This document shows, piece after piece, positions 24,640 through 37,000 of a stretch of DNA of 64,000 nt (the stretch's first letter is position 1; every line of letters starts with the position of its first letter). This stretch comes from Scyliorhinus canicula (taxonomy: Eukaryota), in the NCBI RefSeq assembly GCF_902713615.1, contig NW_024055909.1, positions 62,001 through 126,000 on the forward strand. Reading direction: 5' to 3'. The notes beneath the pieces are model-generated. The model ran no database searches. It was not told the origin of the DNA and saw only the letters and a program-made list of their open reading frames with translations. Both the position numbers and the translations under genes were made by a program.

Positions 24640-25600
24640 AGCTAGCAAAAGGACTTAAAGAGAAGCAACCTATACACGATTCAACATTCAAAATAATACA
24701 GAAATGGTTTCTTCCTTCCCCATGCAGGAGGCCTCCTCCGCACGCACCCACTCGGCCTTTGGCTCCTGGATCCATCCCCTTACTCGCTCGGCTGTTGCCG
24801 CCCAGTGGTAGAATTGTAGATTTTGGAGGGCTAGCCCCCCCCCCCCCCCACCCTAGATTTTGTTTTTTGTAGGACCTTCTTTGGGATCCTAGCATTTTTA
24901 CCCCCCCCCCCCCCCCACCCCCCCCCACTCCCATACGAACGCCATGATAAGTTTGTCCAGCGCTATGAAGAAGGCCTTGGGGATGTAGATTGGAATGGAT
25001 CTAAACAGGAAGAGGAACCTGGGCAGTACGTTCATTTTGATCATCTGGACTCTCCCCGCGAGGGAGAGTGGGACTGTGGTCCATCTTTGCAGGTCCTTTT
25101 TTACTTCCTCCGTCAGGCTGGTGAGGTTCCATTTGTGGATCCCTTTCCAGTCATGGGCTATTTGGATCCCCAGGTCGCGGAATTTGTGTCGGGCTTGTTT
25201 GAACGGCAGCCCCATTAGTGCTGCTCCTCCCCCCCCCCCCCCCCCCGCCTTGCGGGTGTACTGGGAAGATCTTGCTTTTGCTCATGTTGAGTTTGTAGCC
25301 CGAGAAGGCTCCAAACTCTTTCAGGAGTGCAATGGTTCCGTCCATGCTGCTCTGGCGGTCCAAGATGTAGAGGAGCAGGTCATCTGCATAGAGTGAGACT
25401 CTGTGCTCTCTGCCTCCCCTTCGGATCCCCCTCCAATTTTTTGCTGCCCTGAGCACGATTGTGAGCGGTTCGATTGCTAGTGCGAACAGCAGCGGGGGCA
25501 GTGGGCATCCTTGTCTGGTGCCCCTGTGCAGCTGGAAGTATTGGGAGTTGGTATTGTTGGTCCGTACGCTCGCCATGGGAGCGTTGAATAGGTTTCCTTT
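24640..25600 (-). mobile_element. L1/Tx1-like LINE RT fragment, frameshifted
   Basis: SQYFQLHRGTRQGCPLPPLLFALAIEPL...RVSLYADDLLLYI...GAFSGYKLNMSKS, then KYLG-like RDLGIQI and LSLAGRVQMIKMNVLPRFLFLF. Confidence 0.88.
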
Positions 25601-26549
25601 TCTGAGGGAGGATGTTCTTTCTCCAGCGAATGTTATCCGGATTGATTCCAGGGATGGCGGAACTGTCATATGAGGAGCGATTGACTATGTTCTATTACAG
25701 CGCTGCACAGTAGAAAGGGCTTGAAAGCTCAATAACCCTTTCCAGAAATATTTAGGGATGACGGCTCGCCCTAACCGCGTTCCTGGACACTGCAGCTGAC
25801 CCCCTCCCAAAACAAAAAAGAAAGGGAGTAAAGTAAATAGAAGATTAATGTTACATGTAACAAATTGGTTCCTGTCTAAAAAGAAATTCAGATTGTTTCA
25901 GATTTGCAAGATCGGATTTCAGTTTGAGATTAAGGCATTCAAGCCGCCCAGCCCAGTTCCTCCGAGTTAAACTCGGCAGTAATCCAATTCATTTGAGTTT
26001 TTAAAAACTAGTAAGATTCTTTCCACACTGATTTAAGTAGCGAACATTTGGAATTCAAACCAGCTTAAAGGACAAGAAAGAAATTTGAGTAAAAATTAGA
26101 GGAAAGAACAAAATAAATGTTTAGATTATGTGCAGGGACGCAATGGCGTTCGGAGTTTCCCCGCCCACTCTCCGCCCCTTTAGGTTTTGTAGGAAAACTA
26201 ACTATTTCAGGAGACACTTGATCTGTTTTAAATTGTGCAAAAAAGAAATATATGTCTCTAAGAATAGCTAATGTCTACAAAATCAATCATTGAAAATTGA
26301 CTTAAATGGAATAAAATAAATAAAAGTGTTCTGATGAAGGCGAACGGAAGATCTTGTTGAGTATTTTAATGAAGCGATTGTGAAATTGCTGTCTCTTTAG
26401 GAAGCTGTAGCCTGAGAGAAAGTTAAATGTTAACTGTAATATTTCGAGCTGTGAGAATGTGTATGTTTGGCATGTGGATGTTCATGCATCCCTGCTAAGA
26501 TCTATATTCTGGGAAGCAAACTTGAGTTTATAATTTGGAAGTATAGAAC

Positions 26550-27785
26550 AAGAACTACAGATCACAAGGGGGAGCCAGTCGATGTGGCGCATTTGGACTT
26601 TCAGAAAGCATTTGGCCAAGTCCCGCATAAGAGATTATTGTGCAAGTTTAAAACGCATGGAATTGGGGGATGTGCATTGAGGTGGATAGAAAACTGGTTG
26701 GCAGAGAGGAAACAAATGTAGGAATTAATGGGTACTTTTTAAATTGGCAGGCAGTAACTAGTGGGTTGCCACAGGGATTGGTGCTGGGACCCAGCTATTC
26801 ACAATATACATTAATGTTTTGGATGAGGTAACAAAATGTAACATCTCAAAATGTGTAGCTGATACCACGTTGGGTGGGAGAGTAAACTGTGACGAGGATG
26901 CAGGCATCCTACAGCATGATCTGGACAGGTTGGATGAGTGGGTACATCAATGGCAGATGCAGAATTATTTGGATATGTGTGAGGTTATTCACTTTGGATG
27001 CAAAAACAAGAAGGCGATTACCACCTGAACGTTTGCAAATTGAGAGAGAGGAGTGTGCAGGGGGAACTGGGTGTCCTTGTGTACCAGTCGCAGAAGGCAA
27101 GCATGCAGGTGCAGCAGGCAGTAAAGAAGGCGAATGGCACGTTGGCCTTCATTGCGAGACGTTTCGAATACAGGGGCAAGGATGTGTTGCTGCAATTATA
27201 CAGGGCTTCGGCGAGGCCAGACCTGGAATATTGTGCACCGTTTGGTTTCCTTTTCTGAGGAAGGATGTTCCTTCTCTCGAGGGAGAACAGCGAATGTTAT
27301 TCAGATGGATTCCAGGGATGGCGGAACTGTCATATGAGGAGCGATTGACTAGGTTAGGATTGTTCTTGCTGGAGTTCAGAAGAATGAGGGGCCACGGCAT
27401 AGACTTATAAAATTCTAACAGGACTAGAAAGGGTAGATGCAGGGAAGATGTTCCCAATGATGGGTGTATACAGAACCAGGGATCACAATCTGAGGATTCA
27501 GGCTAAACCATTTCGGACAGAGATGAGGAGATATTTCTTCACCCAAAGAGTGGTGAGCCTATGTAATTTATTACCACAGGAAGTTGTTGTGCTAAAACAT
27601 TGATTATATTCAAGTGGCGGCTAGATATAGCACTTGTGCCGAATGGGATAAAAGGTGATGGGGAGAAAGCAGAATTAGGCTATTGAGTTGGATGAGCAGC
27701 CTTGATCAAGATAAACGGCGGAGGAGGCTCGAAGAGCCAAAAGGCCTCATCCTGCTCCTATCTTCTATGTACCTATGTATCTATG
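26550..27785 (+). mobile_element. CR1-type LINE, RT to 3' end, decayed
   Basis: [21 protein letters not shown], gggttgccacagggattggtgctgggacc ([10 protein letters not shown]-like), VADTTLGG, RPDLEYCAPF, then the 3' module. Confidence 0.88.
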
Positions 27786-30462
27786 TAAAAGGACGTTTAC
27801 CTGATTAATTTTGAGCAAAGCACTCAAGTGCTAGGTTCCTCTGTGAGTGTGGTGGTATTTGTGTGTTGTATGATATTATGGTTTCGAGATCATAGTTTGA
27901 GTGGTTTGAGTCAAACAGCCAACAAACTGATGTGTAATTAGCAAATCTTCATTTTCAAAATTTCTCAACATATAATCCACATCTACGGATGATTCCAGGG
28001 TATGTTTGATAAACATGAGGAATTTTAATCATGATGGAAATTTATGCACATAAAATAAGATTATGTTAATTTGATAAGGTTCATTGGAAGTTACGATAGG
28101 TTAAATCCAATCCGGTGTTGGATTAGTTCAGGGTTAAAACTTCCCTGTCACAACTGGCACCATGCAGAAAGAATAATTCTGAGATTGCAGAAAGAGTATA
28201 AAGGACAGAAGATTAAATAAAATAGGCGAACGGTCACGTTTCTTGCTTCAAGCAAAAGAATGGTGTTGACAAAATGACGTCTGGTGGAGAACTCATATTA
28301 CACCCGTTTCCAAACCGGCAGAAAATGGACCCTTGCTAGTTATCAGCTGAAGATCTATTTTTTATTGGAAATTACAAACCTTATGTTTTGGATTGTCAGA
28401 TTAGTTAACCAACTCTATCCCAAGCAGAATGGATGCTTTGTGTTTTGCTTTGCAGGTAACTGCAAGTGGAACGAGCTTTGCAGTAGCTTCAGGAATTTGA
28501 GATAGTTGGGGAGAGGATATGGGTTATATTAAGGTGGCTTACTATACAGACACAAGCCCATCAAGGTCGGATTCAAGCGCAGCAGAATCAGGTGCGCAAC
28601 CATAAGGAAAATAGATATGAAAATGTTGTAAAATATGAAACTACATCACCTGTATAACAGATGTATTCCACCCATACAGGCGAAGCTTTATACGACACAA
28701 ACGAACACCTGGTGACGATCAAGGCCCTTGAGTTAGCATGAGTTAGTATGAATAACTTCAGCATGATGTCAGGGGCTGGTAAGGTACCAACTCACTTTAT
28801 GTAATATCAAATTTAATTGTATATACAACTAATGTATGTAATCTACAATCAAGATCCAACCGGAATGTGCTGTTCCGCTGTTTAGAAAAGTGTACAAGAA
28901 TTCGTGTTTCTTTTGTTCGGTGGAGAGATGGTCTGGGGCTCTGGGCCTTCAATAGACATCACCTCCCCATCGGTGAAATAAACTGTTTAATGCGAGGACG
29001 AACCCTGAACGTTGAGTGATTTCTTCGAGATTCTCCCCCGCTAACAATGTTATGAGATGTTAAGGGGGCATAGTAAAACTGGAAAGTCATTTCCTTAGCG
29101 AAGGGAACAGGTCAAATAGGTTCACAGTTTAAAACGTAGAATTATCTCCAGTACTGTTGCTGGGTAGATTTGTTTATAAATAGTCCTCATTGACAATGTT
29201 AAGAGTTTGAAGTTGGCTTGCAGCCAAGCGGTCAGTACTGAGCAAACAGATCTCTGAAAAAATATCCAGATGCTTCCTGTAAACAACATTGAACATTCGA
29301 GCCTCCCTGACTGCAGGCGGCTGGGTTGCTGTCCAATACTGTGTGGGGCAGATTAACCTGAATATGAATGGATACAATTGGATTTATCCATTCAAACCAT
29401 AAATATTTCATGAAGTAAACGTTTTAAACGGTGATCCATCTGAATAAATATATTCAGCGAATGTTCTGTTCACTCTGAGTTTAAAGCCGATCCGAAAATA
29501 GTAAACTGACCCGATGCAATTTATATTAGATTCGAGTTAAAGTCACACTAGTTGTTAAAGTCCGTTTGTTGAGAACCTAATTAAGTGAGAGTGAGTTGTG
29601 TTGATGGAGCCAATCCACAAACCTAATCAGATGAGTTGAACAGTAGAAAAATAAGTCAATTTGAAAGAAAATCATAAAACTGCCTTGAACTCACCGGAAT
29701 GCCTGAAATATTCTCCGAGATGTTCACCTTATTTAAACGGTGAAGTCTCTTATACCTGATTAGCCCCGTATTCTGTATAGTTTAATTTGTGCTGATTTCC
29801 ATTATTTAACAGCCCCTCTGCTGCCAATGAGTGGAGAAATGACCAGTTCATGACCTGCTTCAGTGGAAGATAAACGATTTATTCTTGTGATATTGTGTAA
29901 TATGCTGCAAAGTCCTGGTATCCTGTATTCCCAACACCAGTGAATGTGAGACAGCCGTGGACATAAAAATTATCGGCAATGATATGGGTACTGAAGGATA
30001 CATTTGCTGATGGCCGTGTCCATTCCGATTCATTACCTTCTCTGTCAAATGTTAAATTAATTTCATGTTTCTCTGTCAACTGACTCCTTAATTATCAGGC
30101 AAGTGGGCTTCTTCGACCGCTAATGTTCAGAGGACTGTGTTAGGATCCGGGGCAGGTCGGGAAATGCCAGGGAAATCGTTGCACCATATGAGGAGTTTCG
30201 TCTGGTCTATAGACCTACATTGTACAGTGATCGCCACCCGCAATGTAAATGTGGGACTTTGTTCAGCACTTTGTTCATGCCCCGCATTTAGTTCCAGAAA
30301 TCGATCACAATTCCGCTGTTAATTGACACTTTATTGTTGTAATGGGATAAAGATCTGGAATTGTGGCAAAGCAGACTGGCAGTCGGTTTACTCCTCCATA
30401 TTATAATGTAGTCTGTTCATGTTCTTCACTTTCTGTTGGAGAATAGAAATAAAGGACTAAAT

Positions 30463-30627
30463 TGAAATGAAAATGAAAATCGCGTATTGTCACGAGTAGG
30501 CTTCAATGAAGTTACTGTGAAAAGCCACATTCCGGCGCCTATCCGGGGAAGCTGGTACGAGAATCGAACCGTGCTGCCGGCCTGCTTTAAAAGCCAGCGA
30601 TTTAGCCCAGTGAGCTAAACCAGCCCC
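30463..30627 (-). mobile_element. Second tRNA-derived SINE family
   Basis: On -: ggggctggtttagctcactgggctaaatcgctggcttttaaagc...ggttcgattc...tcgtgacaata; same as 35917-36109(+), 56423-56605(+) and 40030-40210(-). Confidence 0.8.
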
Positions 30628-30876
30628 TACAATGGAATTCGTTTTTATTAACAGATGCTCAATGTTATTTCACCATTAGAACCATTGGAAACATCACCTA
30701 GAAAACAATCAGCCATACAAATACCCCGATTCAGATAAACTCTCCGTTTTAATAATAACCTACTATAAATCTCTGAATCAATTCTTTTCGCTGTGGAAGG
30801 TGGGACGTGGATCCAGTCGCCGCCTCCACCAGGGAATCAACAGGCGGCGCCTGGAAAGCCGCCCCCTTCTGCCGGG

Positions 30877-30885
30877 TATTTAAAT
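30877..30885 (+). promoter_or_regulatory. TATA-like box of the IgH V promoter
   Basis: TATTTAAAT 99 bp upstream of the leader ATG. No octamer seen nearby, consistent with shark VH promoters. Confidence 0.55.
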
Positions 30886-30975
30886 GCCGTTCACTGGGAC
30901 CTGAATCCAACAGTCCGGGAGCTGGTTTGTTCACTGAGTTCCTGACACAACCATTTCCCCCAAATGGCCAGAAGG

Positions 30976-31021
30976 ATGAGGTGGGCCATTTCTCTCAGTT
31001 TGTTGCTGACTTTCTTATCCC
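30976..31021 (+). CDS. IgH leader exon
   Basis: [15 protein letters not shown] + C|gtgagt. Confidence 0.92.
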
Positions 31022-34000
31022 GTGAGTAGTTCTTATTGTCCAAGTCTCTCACTGTTACTGTCTCAGTGTTAGTCTCTCTCTGGAATGTTCCAGAGTCACC
31101 AATCATTTCACCAGCATTAATCCTCGGGCTTTTTGATATATTTTTACAGGTGTCCAGTCGGATGTTGTGTTGACTCAGCCAGAGGCAGAGACCGGGCGTC
31201 CCGGAGGCTCCCTGACACTGACCTGTAAAACCAGCGGCTTCGATCCCGGTAGCAATTACATGCACTGGGTCCGGCAGGTTCCTGGACAGGGATTGGAGTG
31301 GCTGCTGAACCACTATGGTTCATCAAGCAGCAGCGCTGCGCCAGGAATTGATAATCGATTTATTTCGTCATTGGACACTTCAAACAAGATCTTCTCGGCG
31401 GTCGTGAAGAACCTGGAGACGGAAGACACCGCCATCTATTACTGTGCATCTACAGCGGTGGGATTGGATGGCAATACGTTGGGCCATTGGGGACAAGGAA
31501 CTATGGTGACGGTGACTGCAGGTAAGAAACATACAATTATTCTGCAAGTGATTTACTTGAGTCTCTTTTGTATTTTACTCTATTCCGTCGTCCATTCAAA
31601 TGCTTGTTTGGCGGATTCTGTACTGTGTTTTTTGTTGTAATTTTACATGTGATTCTGCTGAAAATTGTATTAAATTATTCATAGAACATAGAATTTACAG
31701 TGCAGAAGGAGGCCATTCGGCCCATCGAGTCAACACCGGCTCTTGGAAAGAGCACCCTACCCCCTACCCAAGGTCAACACCTCCACCCTATCCCCATAAC
31801 TCAGTAACCCTACTCAACATTAAGGGCAAATTTTGGACACTAAGGGCAATTTATCATGGCCAACCCACCTAACCCGCACATCTTTGGACTGTGGGAGGAA
31901 ACCGGAGCACCTGGAGGAAACCCACGCACACACGGGGAAGATGTGCAGACTCCGCACAGACAGTGACCCAGACAGTGACCCAAGCCGGAATCGAACCTGG
32001 GACCCAGGAGCTGTGAAACGATTGTGCTATCCACAATGCTACCGTGCTGCCCTATTCCATTGGTTTTTGACAAAAGATACAGTTCTGTGATTCAGTCCCT
32101 GGTTATTGAGGTGTTGTTGTTTTTCTGCTCAGTACTGTGTGACCGGTTTACTTTAAATGCTGAACCTCTGTTATACAATTTGGCATTGGCACAATACTTA
32201 ATTTCAGTAATATCTGATGGTTGAAGATATTGCCATCGACTGCAAAAATTACCTTTTAAATATATCTGGCACATAACAAAATAAAGAATTAATGCGTTCA
32301 AGATTCAAAATGGATTTACTGAACATGTGCTGTATATTAGTAATGATGATGCTGTCATTCATAGAGCAGCACGTTAGCACAGTGGTTAGCACTGTAGCTT
32401 CACAGCGCCTGGGTCCCAGGTTCAATTCCCGGCTTGGGCCACTGTCTGTGTGGAATCTGCACGTTCTTCCCGTGTCTGCGTCGGTTTCCTCCGGGTACTC
32501 CGGTTTCTCCCACAGTCCAAAGTTGTGCAAGTTAGGTGGATTGGCCATGCTAAACTGCTCTTATGTCCAAAAAAGGTCGGACTGGGTTATGGGGGTAGGA
32601 TGGAGGTGTGGGGCTTAAGTGGGGTGCTGTTTCCAAGGGTTTGAGCAGACTCGATTGGCCGAATGGCCTCCTTCTGCACTGTAAATTCTATGTTCTATTC
32701 CATATTTATGTATATTTAAACATTAAATTGTTTGGCAATGAGCGGGTTGTCTGGATTCGATATTGGGCTTTTTCGGCAATGATATATTTGATTCGATTGG
32801 AAGTTTTCGGATAATTGAGCTATGTCTCCATGAAACGATTTTCAGCTCCTCCGTGATGTGATTTGGTTGTTTCCTGCTGTGAACGTTTCAAATTTGTGAA
32901 AGGGTTTGGCGTTTCGGCATTGTTTAAAGTCGACGGCATGTTTTGAGATTTAAAGAAAACTCTCCGTTTTTTGAAACTGCTTGAATACAATTGAAGAGAG
33001 AAAACAGGCAGGTTTCAATAAAGACAAATAAACATGTAAAGATATGTTGCGGCAATTTTAAACTTAACTGATAATTGCAAGTTAAACTAAACCATCTACT
33101 GATCAATTGGAATATTTTTTCCAAAACAACCTATTTAATTTTCAAAGGGATTTTTTGAATCGTAAGAGGAAACTATAAACGTGACATGTGCGTGCAATGC
33201 TCCTTCAGAACATTGTTCGTTACTGCAATCACAAAATATATAATAAACAAGTTTTCAAATTGTCGGCCAAGATGAATATAATCTAAACAAATATAATGCA
33301 CTAACATCGCTCCTTAATAACCAAATAAGCGATCATGCTACCAATATCATTAATCTTTAATGTCCTTTCAAAATTTTGGTTACTACTGAGCACATTTAGC
33401 AAGGGCGCACGGTAGCAAGTGGTTATCACTGTTGCTTCAATGCGCCAGGGTCCCAGGTCCGATTCCCACTTGGGATGTCTGCACGTTCTCTCCGTGTCTG
33501 CGTGGGTTACCTCCGGTTGCTCCAGTTTCCTCCCATAAGTTCTGAAATACATGCTGTTAGGTGAATTGGACATTCTGAACTCTCCATCAGTGTATCCAAA
33601 CAGGCGCCGGAGTGTGACGACGAGGGGATTTTCATAGTAACAGTTCTGAATGCACGACTGTGCTCACTTTTTAAATAAATTGTCTGTCGCTCATTGCATT
33701 TGAATTCAGATAGAGGTTTTGCAGTACACTTTAGCAATACATTTAGCCAGTAATTACATTACTTCTGTGCAGCCGCAACCACAGCTTCAGTGCCAATGGT
33801 GGTGGATAGTAAAATAATTGTTGTTTATCGTCCCTCAAACTGTTTTCTAAGAGTCAATAAATTATTGAATTAAAGTTGCAGGGAGGTTGGCTGGAGATTG
33901 GCAAGTAAAAGCTTGAAATTCAAATACATTGACCTGTGAACAAAAGGTTAAATGAGCTTTCCAGTTAATAATGACATGCCGTTTCCCCTAGCTGTGCTGT

Positions 34001-37000
34001 ACAAACGATAGAATTATAGGAAGAAGAGAAGACAGAATGGAAAAATTGACTAAAGCTGAACCGCATGCTAAACGCCTGTTAAATATTAAATTGAACGAAA
34101 AATATCTAAACTCAATTTGCAAATTATGTTTTCGACGCCAGCTTTAACGGGTGATGTGACAACCAGGGAACAAAGAACAATTAGTGTGATGCGAACCAGA
34201 CCAACGTTGGAACTAAATTGTGCTGAGAATAGGAGTTTATGATTTATCAAAGCGTTCAGAAATATGCATAGATTACAACTTTGTGTGTTTTAAGCAGAGC
34301 AGTTCAGGTAGAATTTTGAAAAGTAAAATACCAAAATATGACCAAATTTGAGTAAATGCCATTTACATGTTTGAATTTTTCCACATAGTGTTTGATATTT
34401 TGACATTTTTTAACTGTCAGGTTCATTTCATTGAACTTTTATTATTGCAAAATGTTACAGGCGGAAAAATGTTTTACTTTCTGGAAAAATATGCTTTCAT
34501 ATTTATAGAGTAAAATTCAACTAACGGGGAAATAATATTACTGCTTATTAAGTCAAAATAAATGGCGCCAACAATTGAAGTACACTTCTCATTGTTGCGA
34601 TGTGACAAATCAAAGGGATTATATAATTTTTAATTCAATGTAAAACAGATTAGTGTTAAATTCGATAAGGTAGTTCGCTACGATGATTTTGTTAGTTACA
34701 TTTAATTATGAATTCATATCAAATCAGTGGGCAATAAGGTTTCAATGTGAGTGTTTCCGAGTTTGTTTAATTCTTACACAGTCACAGTGTCTTTGTTATG
34801 GACATCAAACTATGCTGAGTCTCTAATATTTCATGTGCTCATTTTAAGGGTAGCTACATCTAATACTGTTTCGGGATTTCAGACAGACAAGGAGAAACAG
34901 TAAAGCGTCTAAAGGGCTTCTGAAATTAAACAGGCTTAATTCAAAATAAGTTATACAATTATTGTTCTCATAAATTGACCATTGGTCCAATAGAATCAGA
35001 GTTTGAATGAAATTAACAGATTGAACAGATGTATCCGCTGGGACCTCGATTTTCGGCCAATTGTCCTACTACCGAATTTACAGTGCAGTCGGAGGACATT
35101 CGGCCCATCGAATCTGTACCAATCCTTGGAATGAACACCCCACGCCTCCACCTATACCCGTCACCAGTAGCCCCACCGAACCTTTTTGGACAGTAAGGGG
35201 CAATTTAGCGTGACCAATCCATCTAACCTGGACATCTTTAGACTGTGGGAGGAAACCGGAGCACCCGGAGGAACCCCACGCAGTGTCTGTCCGCACAAGT
35301 AGGCTTACTTTAACACTGTTATGAAGTTACCGTGGAAATCCCCTCGTCGCCACATTACTGCGCCTGTTCAGTGACACTCAGGGAGCTTTCAGAATATCCA
35401 ATTCACCTATCAAGCACGGCTTTCGGGACTTATGTGAGGAAACCGGAGCACCGGGAGGAAACCCACGCAGACACGTGAAGAACGTGCAGACTATGCAGAG
35501 ACAGTTACCTCAGCCCGGAATCTAGCCCGGGTCCCTGACGCTGCGAAGCAACAGTGCCGTCTTCATGATTGATGGTAACCCTTCTGTTTTCTTCTGCTTG
35601 TATTTCAGAGAGCGGAATTTATTTAATTTCGTCAAAATGTTTTGCATCTGGAATGTAAAGGGTCACGTCATGTTTGACCAAGCGCCTGAGAAATGTGATT
35701 CCTGACATGCAAAAAGAGCAATTCAGAACTGACCGATTGATTGTGGAATGAGATTTTGCTTATTTTAAACAGCGATGTGTCTGTTTGGGAATGTTCGATT
35801 ATGCAATGCAGGTGGCATTTTATTCTATTTTTATTCGTTTTTAACAGACCTTGACCTGTTTCATGCGATAGAGTAGAGAGACAAATTAGAAATAATTTTA
35901 ATTTTAATCATATCATGGGGTGGTCGGTTCGTTTAGCTCACTCGGCTAAACCGCTGGCTTTTAAAGCAGACCAAGCAGGCCAGCAGCATGGTTCGATTCC
36001 CGTACCAGCCTCCCCGGACAGACGCCGGAATGTGGCGACTAGGGGCTTTGCACAGTAACTTCATTGAAGCCTACTCGTGACAATAAGCGATTTTCATTTC
36101 ATTTTCATTCGTTGACTACGGCAGCACTTTTTGTCTACCCCGTGTTTCCCTTTGAGAAAGTGTTGATATGACGCCTCCTGTAGTCGCCGAACTCCGTCTA
36201 GGGTAGATACACTGGCAATTCTATTAGCAAAGGAGGATTTTCACCAGGCAACATTGAAAGAACGGCGATATAGTTCTAAGTCAGGATGGTGTGGACTTGG
36301 AGGGGAACGCCCAAGTGGTGGTGGTTCCTTTTTATCTGCTGTCCTTGTCATTCTAGGTTGTAGAGCTTGCCGGTTTGGAAGGTGCAGTCGAAACTGTATT
36401 GGCGAGTTACGGTCGTGCATCTTGTCTACGTTCCACACAGCTAGCGCAATGCGTTGGAGGTGGAGTGAATGTTTAAGTGATGAGGGGGTGTTAATTTCCC
36501 GGGCTCTTTTGACCTGGAAAATGTTGAATTTCCTGAGTTTTCGGGAAGTTTCACTCATTAAATCAAGTGGAAGTTATTAAATCACAGTCCTCACTTGCGT
36601 CTTCGACGGTGCTGGGAGTTGAGTTACTCGCCACAGACTTCACACCCTCTGACCACCTTTATGTCTACGCCGGTTTGAACCCTCCACGAGGAATATCTGG
36701 TGAGACAGTGTTCAGGGAGTTTTACTTTTGATCAAAGCAGCGCTGTAACTTATACGGAGTGCTTGATAGTTCAGTGAATTCCACCATTGAAAGTTTTGAT
36801 CTGAGCATTCGCGGGCATGAGCGAGGGTTTTGCTCTGTACCTGAACTTCTCCTGTGCCTGAACTGAAAGACGTTTCCCCGCAGGCGTCAAGAAATCTGAA
36901 TCAGGATCGAATTTACTAGCTGGGAGAACTAGAGTTTGATATGTGAAATTAAATTGTTTACTTATTCGGGCGGAATGATGCAAGTCAATTAACTTTCACA

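Noticed and set aside
29521-30322. Short ORFs upstream of the VH leader
   Set aside because: No recognisable domain, splice framework or RSS.
30837-30850. CTCF-like TCAACAGGCGGCGC in the VH promoter
   Set aside because: Only 11/14 match and a single occurrence.
34783-34810. CACAGTG-12-ACATCAAAC possible 12-RSS
   Set aside because: 6/9 nonamer, no adjacent coding segment or opposing RSS; at most cryptic.
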